Assembly (NCBI GenBank): GCA_964229335.1
Contig: CAXRCZ010000004.1
Location: 32,001-96,000, forward strand
Source of the DNA: Minisyncoccia bacterium
Lineage (GTDB): Bacteria; Patescibacteriota; Minisyncoccia; Phycocordibacterales; UBA918
Length of the DNA: 64,000 nucleotides
Direction: 5' to 3'
Of the stretch, positions 57,146 through 64,000 are shown one piece after another (positions within the stretch are counted from its first letter, which is position 1; every line of letters starts with the position of its first letter). A program made the translations under genes and the position numbers. Below the pieces are notes generated by a model. The model was not told the origin of the DNA, searched no databases, and was given only the letters and a program-made list of their open reading frames with translations.

Positions 57146-58129
57146 ATGGACACTAGTTATATCTACAGTTCAACCAGACTCAATACGTTAGGCAACGAGC
57201 TTCTTACTCGTACCGATATTGATCGCTTACTTACTGAGACAGATATTGCTGGTGTACACGAAGCATTGAAAGAAACTTATCTCGCACATTACTTGTTAGA
57301 AGCACCCGGAGAATCTGTGGCGGATGCGATTGAAGCCGCTTTGGTCGAAGCTAAGGAGTTAATTGTTCGTATCATTCCGCAAGCCGGTAAATTTGCCTTG
57401 CTATGGCTGCAGTACGACATTCATAACTTGCGTGTCTTTGCTAAAGCCAAAGCTCTTGGTATGAATTACGATTTGATAGAACCTAATCTTTCGTACCGCG
57501 GCATGTATGATCCAGCGTATCTGTATTCGTATGTGGAGAGTAATACACTCAATCGCCTGCAAGCTGACTGGCAGACGGTCTTCGATCAAGCGTTGCGTCT
57601 GGTGGCAAATGGTGAGCGGGAAAAAGTCGATGAAGTATTCGATCAACTATTCTTTACTACTGGCAAGCAGTTAGTGACGGATAGTAACGATCAGTTCTTA
57701 CGTAAATACTTTAAAGCTGTTATTGACCTAGCTAATATAAAGGCTCGCTTACGCATTCTTACTCACCAAGAACTCAAACGGGAAATAACCTTTATTGAGG
57801 GAGGCAACTTTGCTCTCTCTGAACTTGAAAGTAAAGAACAAATCTTTTCAGCGGTGCGCTCACTAGGAGGAGAAGGCTGGGTAGCTGCGCTAGAGTATTA
57901 CCAAGCCACTGGTAATACCACCAGGCTCGATGCGCGCATGGACGAGTACTTGATTGAAATCGCGGCACAAGCTAGTTACGATATTTTCTCACCCGCCTCG
58001 ATTGTGTTCTATTACCTCCAGTGTCGACAATCAGCTGCTAATATTCGCACCATTATGGTTGGCAAAGAAACCGCCATGCCAAACGATGAAATCAGGACTA
58101 ACTTACGAATGAGTCATGTCAACAACTAA
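57146..58129 (+). CDS. atpC: V/A-type ATPase subunit C (d)
   Basis: Y...RL...LL, L.ETY, YDIHNL, IDLANI, NIRTI..GK; operon position. Confidence 0.88.
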   Translation: MDTSYIYSSTRLNTLGNELLTRTDIDRLLTETDIAGVHEALKETYLAHYLLEAPGESVADAIEAALVEAKELIVRIIPQAGKFALLWLQYDIHNLRVFAKAKALGMNYDLIEPNLSYRGMYDPAYLYSYVESNTLNRLQADWQTVFDQALRLVANGEREKVDEVFDQLFFTTGKQLVTDSNDQFLRKYFKAVIDLANIKARLRILTHQELKREITFIEGGNFALSELESKEQIFSAVRSLGGEGWVAALEYYQATGNTTRLDARMDEYLIEIAAQASYDIFSPASIVFYYLQCRQSAANIRTIMVGKETAMPNDEIRTNLRMSHVNN

Positions 58130-58469
58130 TCAACATTACAAAATAGCCATCATCGGACCGACAGAAGTCGTCTCTGGGTTCCGTGCGTTGGGAGTAGAAG
58201 CGTTGCCAGCTGCTACCGCCACTGAAGCGCTCGAGCAGTTGCGTAAGGTCAAGCAAGTGACCGAGGATACTGCTCAAGATACCCAATACGCTGTGGTATG
58301 CGTCATTGAAACTCTCCTAGCGCAAATGGATCAGGACGAGTACGCCAAAGTTACTAAAGGAGCTTTGCCGGCGGTAGTAGTCCTGCCTGGTCCGGAAGGA
58401 CCACAAGGTTTTGCCTTGAATCGTTTGAGATCATTGGCAGAACAAGCAGTTGGCTCCGCCATTATTTAA
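58116..58469 (+). CDS. atpF: V/A-type ATPase subunit F (NtpG)
   Basis: KIAIIG...V.GF.ALG, PAVVVLP, EQAVG. Confidence 0.9.
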   Translation: MSTTNQHYKIAIIGPTEVVSGFRALGVEALPAATATEALEQLRKVKQVTEDTAQDTQYAVVCVIETLLAQMDQDEYAKVTKGALPAVVVLPGPEGPQGFALNRLRSLAEQAVGSAII

Positions 58470-58512
58470 TTTTTTATCAAATCCAATTAATTCACCACCT
58501 AACCAATTTAGT

Positions 58513-60300
58513 ATGACCACAAACACACCCACAACCACAGAGATTGCCGGCGGCGTGATCACTCGTATCACCGGACCGTTAGTGCGAGCGACTGGGATGG
58601 GCGAAGCCCGTCTCTATGAGGTAGTTAAAGTCTCAGAAGAAAAACTTCTGGGGGAAATCATCGAACTCCATGGAGACGAAGCTGCCATTCAGGTATATGA
58701 AGAGACTGCAGGTATTTCTCCTGGAGACGCTGTATACCGAACTGGGCGAACTATGTCAGTCGCTCTCGCACCTGGGTTGTTGGAGTCTATTTATGACGGC
58801 GTCCAACGACCACTCAAGAAAATTGAAGAAGTAGCTGGTAACTACTACATCAAGCGTGGTATTGAGGCAGCGCCGCTTGATATGGAAAAGAAGTGGAAGT
58901 TCTCACCAGTGGTGAAAGTGGGTGATATGGTCACGGCTGGCGATGTGCTGGGTGAAGTACAAGAGACAACCTTAATCTCTCACAAGATTATGGTGCCACC
59001 AGATATGAGTGGTGAAGTAACTAGTATCGAAAGCGGAGAATTTACCGTGGCTGATACTGTAGCTAAGCTAAAGACTGAAAGCGGTGAACAAGTGGTGGCA
59101 ATGTTGCAGTACTGGCCAATTCGAGTCGCCAGGCCAAAAGCCGGAAAAATCTTCCCGAATGAACCACTGCGAACTGGCGGTCGGTCTATCGACACATTAT
59201 TCCCAATTGCGAAGGGTGGCGCCGGTTGTATTCCTGGACCGTTTGGTGCTGGAAAGACCGTCACTCAGCAGTCAATCGCTAAGTACTGTGATGCGGAGAT
59301 TATCGTGTACATCGGTTGTGGTGAGCGCGGAAACGAAATGACTGAAGTACTCGATGAATTCCCACATTTGAAGGATCCTAACACTGGCGAACCATTGATG
59401 AAGCGAACTATTCTTATCGCCAACACCTCAAACATGCCAGTGGCTGCTCGTGAAGCGTCGGTATATACCGGCATCACAATTGCTGAGTACTACCGTGATA
59501 TGGGTTACAACGTCGCTCTCATGGCTGACTCAACCTCACGCTGGGCAGAGGCGATGCGTGAAATTTCTGGACGTCTTGAAGAAATGCCAGGGGAAGAAGG
59601 CTATCCAGCCTACCTGTCTTCTCGAACGGCAGAATTCTATGAACGAGCCGGAATGGTTACGACTCTAGGTAGCGAAGGAAGAACCGGGTCACTGACTGTT
59701 ATTGGAGCCGTGTCACCTCCAGGAGGAGACCTTTCTGAGCCAGTATCGCAGGCTACTTTACGTGTAACCAAGACCTTCTGGTCACTTGATGCTGGATTGG
59801 CGTACAAAAAACACTTCCCATCTATCAACTGGCTGACTTCATACTCATTGTACGCGCCAAACTTTGAAAAGTTCTGGAAAGAACAAATTGCACCAGACTT
59901 CGCGTTTATTCGAAGCACCGCGATGACTCTACTTGAGGAAGAATCAAAACTGCTAGAGATTGTTCGGTTGGTAGGTATGGAATCATTGTCTAACGCAGAC
60001 CGATTAACATTGGATGTAGCTCGAATGATTCGAGAGGACTTCCTGTTCCAAAATGCTTTTGATCCAGATGATGCTTATACGTCACTAGATAGACAATACG
60101 GTATTCTCAAATCAATCATTACTTTCTACGAAGCAGGAAAGAATGTGGTTGATACGGATGAGTTTGAATTCTCAACCTTTACCAATCTCGAGATTCGTCG
60201 CGAAGTACCAGCTCTAAAAGAAAAATTAGATTGGAAAATCGAAGATTATCAGCAGTTCCAAGAGCGTGTCACAAACGACATTAGTGCTTTGGCTAATTAA
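58513..60300 (+). CDS. atpA: V/A-type ATPase catalytic subunit A (NtpA)
   Basis: PGPFGAGKT, GCGERGNEM, NTSNMPVAAREAS, DSTSRWAEA, EEGYPAYL, PSINWLTSYS. Confidence 0.98.
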   Translation: MTTNTPTTTEIAGGVITRITGPLVRATGMGEARLYEVVKVSEEKLLGEIIELHGDEAAIQVYEETAGISPGDAVYRTGRTMSVALAPGLLESIYDGVQRPLKKIEEVAGNYYIKRGIEAAPLDMEKKWKFSPVVKVGDMVTAGDVLGEVQETTLISHKIMVPPDMSGEVTSIESGEFTVADTVAKLKTESGEQVVAMLQYWPIRVARPKAGKIFPNEPLRTGGRSIDTLFPIAKGGAGCIPGPFGAGKTVTQQSIAKYCDAEIIVYIGCGERGNEMTEVLDEFPHLKDPNTGEPLMKRTILIANTSNMPVAAREASVYTGITIAEYYRDMGYNVALMADSTSRWAEAMREISGRLEEMPGEEGYPAYLSSRTAEFYERAGMVTTLGSEGRTGSLTVIGAVSPPGGDLSEPVSQATLRVTKTFWSLDAGLAYKKHFPSINWLTSYSLYAPNFEKFWKEQIAPDFAFIRSTAMTLLEEESKLLEIVRLVGMESLSNADRLTLDVARMIREDFLFQNAFDPDDAYTSLDRQYGILKSIITFYEAGKNVVDTDEFEFSTFTNLEIRREVPALKEKLDWKIEDYQQFQERVTNDISALAN

Positions 60301-60309
60301 TAAATATCT

Positions 60310-61716
60310 ATGAGTCAAAAAGAATACAAAACAATATCTTCTATTGCCGGACCACTGGTAGTAGTCGAAGGAGTAAGCGGTGCTCAATACGAAGAGCTAG
60401 TCGAAGTAAATGTCCCAGGTGAAGCCAAGCCTCGCTTTGGAAAAGTGCTGGACACCTCAAAGGATAGGGCGGTGGTACAGATGTTTGATACCACTGCTGG
60501 TATGACGGCTGACAACACTCGCGCTCGCTTTAAAGGAGAGACACTGAAACTTGGCGTATCAGAAGACATGTTAGGTCGAGTCTTTAACGGGGCTGGTGAA
60601 GTCGCAGACGGCGGACCAGAAATTGTCGCTGAAGAACGACGTGATATTGCTGGAGAACCAATCAATCCGTACTCACGACAGTTCCCAAATGACTTTATCC
60701 AAACCGGAATTGGTTCTATCGACGTCATGAACACATTGGTACGTGGGCAAAAGCTGCCAATCTTCTCTGGAGCAGGACTACCGCACGCTCGATTGGCGGC
60801 ACAAATTGCTCGCCAAGCATCAGTAAAAGATGGCGGCGAATTCGCGATTGTGTTCGCTACACTCGGAGTTTCGTTCGAAGAAGCCGAATACTTCCGGCGC
60901 GAATTCGAAGAAGCAGGAGCGCTGGAACGCTCAGTATTATTTATCAACACTGCGGCTGACCCAGTAGTAGAGCGAGTATCAACACCACGGATGGCGCTGA
61001 CTACTGCTGAATATCTAGCGTTCGAAAAAGGGAAGCACGTCCTCGTGATTCTAACTGACCTTACCAACTACTGTGAAGCGTTGCGTGAGGTGTCTTCAGC
61101 TCGTAAAGAAGTGCCAGGGCGTCGTGGGTACCCAGGCTATCTCTACACTGACTTATCTACTATCTACGAACGAGCTGGTCGCATCAAAGGTAAAGAGGGA
61201 ACCATTACCCAAATCCCAATCCTTACTATGCCGGATGATGATAAAACCCACCCAGTACCAGACCTGACTGGCTACATTACCGAAGGGCAGTTCGTTATCT
61301 CACGAGAGCTATACCGAAAAGGTATCTTTCCACCAGTAGATGTGCAGGGTTCACTGTCACGATTATGGGCAGCTGGAGTCGGCGAAGGGAAGACTCGAGA
61401 TGATCATAAAAACCTCAAAGACCAACTCTTCGCTTCTTACGCGGTAGGTAAAGAAGTGCGAGAGCTCGCTGTGGTGCTGGGTGAAGCATCCCTTGATGAC
61501 TCAGACCGTGCCCACCTTAAGTTTGCTGACGCTTTCGAGCGAGAGTTCGTGGGGCAAGGAGAGTACGAAAACCGCTCTGTAGAAGAGTCACTTGATATTG
61601 GTTGGAAACTACTGGCTATGCTGCCTCGTGAATCACTCAAGCGTGTCAAAGCTGAAGAGATTGATACATGGATGCCAAAGCCAATTGCTGATGTAACTGA
61701 AGAAAGTACTGCATAA
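60310..61716 (+). CDS. atpB: V/A-type ATPase subunit B (NtpB)
   Basis: [45 protein letters not shown]. Confidence 0.98.
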   Translation: MSQKEYKTISSIAGPLVVVEGVSGAQYEELVEVNVPGEAKPRFGKVLDTSKDRAVVQMFDTTAGMTADNTRARFKGETLKLGVSEDMLGRVFNGAGEVADGGPEIVAEERRDIAGEPINPYSRQFPNDFIQTGIGSIDVMNTLVRGQKLPIFSGAGLPHARLAAQIARQASVKDGGEFAIVFATLGVSFEEAEYFRREFEEAGALERSVLFINTAADPVVERVSTPRMALTTAEYLAFEKGKHVLVILTDLTNYCEALREVSSARKEVPGRRGYPGYLYTDLSTIYERAGRIKGKEGTITQIPILTMPDDDKTHPVPDLTGYITEGQFVISRELYRKGIFPPVDVQGSLSRLWAAGVGEGKTRDDHKNLKDQLFASYAVGKEVRELAVVLGEASLDDSDRAHLKFADAFEREFVGQGEYENRSVEESLDIGWKLLAMLPRESLKRVKAEEIDTWMPKPIADVTEESTA

Positions 61717-61724
61717 ATTTTATT

Positions 61725-62360
61725 ATGGCGATACTGAAAGTAAATCCGACTCGAATTGCCCTCCTTGGTCTCAAAAAAGAGCTCAAGGTGGCTAAGAAAG
61801 GTCACAAGTTGCTCAAAGACAAACGAGACGGCCTCGTGAAGAAGTTCATGGGGGTTATTTACGAAGCCAAGGAACTACGAGAATCAGTTGAGTCACGGCT
61901 TGGGTCAGCATTTGACTCATACGCTCGAGCCAGCGGAATGACCGGCTCGCACGCGCTAGAAGCAGCCTTTATGGCACCAAGCGCTAAGATTGAACTGGGA
62001 GTCAAGATTGCTAGTGTTATGTCGGTCAAAATCCCGGAGTTTACCGTCGAAAAAGAAGGTAGTGCATTTTCTTATGGCTTGCTAGAGACCACTGGAGACC
62101 TCGATAACGCCATGATTAAGTTTGACGAAGTCTTCACCGACATCCTTCGCTTGGCTGAGCTAGAGAAGACTGCCGAGAACTTGGCTGAAGAAATCGAAAA
62201 AACCCGCCGCCGAGTATCGGCTCTCGAGAATGTTCGTATTCCTAATCTAGAAGAAACCATCAAGTTCATTACTATGCAGCTAGATGAACGACAACGTGAT
62301 GCTGTGGTGTCGACTATGCGGGTGAAGGCGATGATTGTCGCTAGAGAAGAAGCTTCTTAA
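61725..62360 (+). CDS. atpD: V/A-type ATPase subunit D (NtpD)
   Basis: PTR..L, GHKLLKDKRD, EIEKTRRRVSALE..IP. Confidence 0.96.
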   Translation: MAILKVNPTRIALLGLKKELKVAKKGHKLLKDKRDGLVKKFMGVIYEAKELRESVESRLGSAFDSYARASGMTGSHALEAAFMAPSAKIELGVKIASVMSVKIPEFTVEKEGSAFSYGLLETTGDLDNAMIKFDEVFTDILRLAELEKTAENLAEEIEKTRRRVSALENVRIPNLEETIKFITMQLDERQRDAVVSTMRVKAMIVAREEAS

Positions 62361-62428
62361 AATGGGTCCAGTTGCACTAGCTTCACAAAAATAAATATAT
62401 ATTTAATCATATAATTAAGTATATAAAT

Positions 62429-62462
62429 AAATCGCCGCGGGCTCATGAGCCCGCGGCGATTT
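62429..62462. terminator. Bidirectional terminator, 34-bp perfect palindrome
   Basis: aaatcgccgcgggctca|tgagcccgcggcgattt. Confidence 0.88.
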
Positions 62463-62473
62463 TATTAAAGATT

Positions 62474-62626
62474 TTAATTAGACATCTCTTTCATCGTGTC
62501 GTGGTCTGTATGGGTATGCTCTGGCGCATGATGAGAATGGCCAATAGTCATAGCCAGCAAGGTGAAGCCGGCTACAAAACCGAGAGCCAGAATGTACGGG
62601 TCAATATATTTTTTTACTTTTTCCAT
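62474..62626 (-). CDS. Small single-TM protein with His-rich tail (50 aa)
   Basis: MEKVKKYIDPYILALGFVAGFTLLAMTIGHSHHAPEHTHTDHDTMKEMSN; TATTCT 6 nt before ATG 62626. Confidence 0.65.
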   Translation of the reverse strand: MEKVKKYIDPYILALGFVAGFTLLAMTIGHSHHAPEHTHTDHDTMKEMSN

Positions 62627-62655
62627 ACACTGAGAATACGCTATATCGGCCATCT

Positions 62656-63318
62656 TCACCACTTAATTGGCTCGAGATTGTACTTTTTCAGATATTCATT
62701 AGTTTTGCTAAATGGCTTGGAGCCAAAGAAACCATTGTTAGCTGAAAAAGGAGACGGATGCGGTGACTCAAGAATCAAGTGCTTCGACTCATCAATTAGT
62801 GAGGCTTTTGAGCGAGCAAAATTGCCCCACAAGATAAACACCACATGTTCTTTCTGGTCAGATATAGTTTGAATTACAGTATCAGTAAATTGCTCCCACC
62901 CCTTACCTTGGTGAGACCCTGCCTTATTGGCTTCTACTGTCAATGTAGCGTTAAGGAGTAAGACGCCTTGCTTGGCCCAACGCTCAAGATTGCCCGAAAT
63001 AGGGATATCTGACCCGATATCAGCTTTGATTTCTTTATAGATATTTTGCAGTGAAGGTGGTATTCGTACTCCGTCGGCGACTGAGAAAGATAGGCCGTGG
63101 GCTTGATTGGGTCCGTGATAAGGATCTTGTCCCAAAATAACCACTTTTACCTCGTTAAACGGAGTAAGGTCGAAAGCATTAAATACATACTTGGGTGGAG
63201 GGTAGACGGTTTGCTTTAGATACGCTTCGCGAACAGTCGAACTGAGCTCCTTAAAATAGTCTTTCTCAAACTCGTCTGCCAGTACAGCGCCCCACGATGG
63301 TTCAATCTTCACTTCCAT
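62656..63318 (-). CDS. ung: Uracil-DNA glycosylase family 1
   Basis: GQDPYH, GLSFS, PPSL.NI, GVLLLN, HPSP.S; start 63318. Confidence 0.97.
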   Translation of the reverse strand: MEVKIEPSWGAVLADEFEKDYFKELSSTVREAYLKQTVYPPPKYVFNAFDLTPFNEVKVVILGQDPYHGPNQAHGLSFSVADGVRIPPSLQNIYKEIKADIGSDIPISGNLERWAKQGVLLLNATLTVEANKAGSHQGKGWEQFTDTVIQTISDQKEHVVFILWGNFARSKASLIDESKHLILESPHPSPFSANNGFFGSKPFSKTNEYLKKYNLEPIKW

Positions 63319-63335
63319 ATTAGTAGTATAACAAC

Positions 63336-64000
63336 TCACTTTTGACAGCCTGGACAGTAATGAGTGCCACGACCAGCGCAACGAATCTTCTTAATGATAG
63401 TGCCGCAGCGACTACAAGCTTTACCTTGCTGACCAAATACTTGTAAATAGTCGGTAAAGTTTCCGTTCTCACCACCAGTGTCTTTGAAGTGTCGAAAAGT
63501 GGTACCACCAACTTCAATACTTTCATTCATGACGTCTCCAGCCGCTTTAGCTAACTCTCTAGCTTCGGCTTTAGTGACTCGGTCAGCGCGTCTGGTGGGA
63601 CGAATCTTGGTCCGCCACAAAGCTTCGTCTACATAGATATTACCCAGACCGGCCACAAATGATTGGTTTAGGAGAGCGGCTTTAATTGGGGTTTTTCGAC
63701 GCCGTAGTTTTTCACTAAACCATTCGGCATCAAAGTTATTATCAATTGGTTCCGGTCCAAAGCTAGCCTTGGCTTTTGTCACCTGCTCTTTAGTGGCCAG
63801 TTTGGTATAGCCAAACAAACGCATGTCGTTGAAGTATAAGGTAGTATCATCTGATAGATAAAAAATTACCCTCGTGTGCTTATGAGGCAGTTCAATTGAA
63901 GATTCACTCATGGAATGACCGCCTCCAGATACCTCGCCACTCTCATCAACCACAAAAAACTGCCCAGTCATTTTAAGATGAGCTAGTAAATAGGTGTCAT
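63336..64000 (-). CDS. mutM: Formamidopyrimidine-DNA glycosylase, 5' part outside the window
   Basis: HLKMTGQ, D.RLFG, H2TH LLNQ..VAGLGNIY.DE, zinc finger CSRCG...RGTHYCPGCQ. Confidence 0.95.
   Translation of the reverse strand, partial: DTYLLAHLKMTGQFFVVDESGEVSGGGHSMSESSIELPHKHTRVIFYLSDDTTLYFNDMRLFGYTKLATKEQVTKAKASFGPEPIDNNFDAEWFSEKLRRRKTPIKAALLNQSFVAGLGNIYVDEALWRTKIRPTRRADRVTKAEARELAKAAGDVMNESIEVGGTTFRHFKDTGGENGNFTDYLQVFGQQGKACSRCGTIIKKIRCAGRGTHYCPGCQK

Noticed and set aside
60384-61067. 227-aa antisense ORF, and similar shadows such as 23241-23756, 26322-26729 and 35938-36387
   Set aside because: Fully opposite well-supported genes; explained by codon bias; no motifs

Overview
Core-genome window of a small-genome bacterium. 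Gene content and protein architectures point to Patescibacteria/CPR, Parcubacteria-like (inference). It holds tRNA-Thr(UGU), pheS, gyrB, thrS, dnaE, rnhB, rpmF-nusB-rnc-(2 prepilins)-smc, rnr, rpsP-khpA-trmD, an orphan purC, rpoBC-dnaG-rpoD, a UvrD-nuclease fusion, hisS, prmC, an ABC-2 pair, class I aldolase, rpmG, truB, a complete 9-gene V/A-type ATPase operon, ung and a partial mutM. I see no CRISPR array, rRNA, transposase, integrase or prophage. The most notable signals: (1) a miniature T-box riboswitch upstream of thrS, with a perfect antiterminator and a Thr (ACC) codon in a tiny terminal loop; (2) a monomeric, mitochondrial-type PheRS (alpha catalytic domain fused to the anticodon-binding domain); (3) five co-oriented ~100-130 bp ERIC/Correia-like hairpin elements at stop codons, some pairing with the host gene's last codons; (4) a promoter- and terminator-bounded structured RNA upstream of the lone purC; (5) a sortase and an adjacent VPYTG substrate with a silk-like block and a ~135-aa tail after the membrane anchor; (6) a short SMC with no apparent hinge; (7) pervasive leaderless gene starts, which also reveal an unannotated 27-aa membrane peptide. 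All RNA folds were done by eye and all family assignments are by motif recognition, with no database search.
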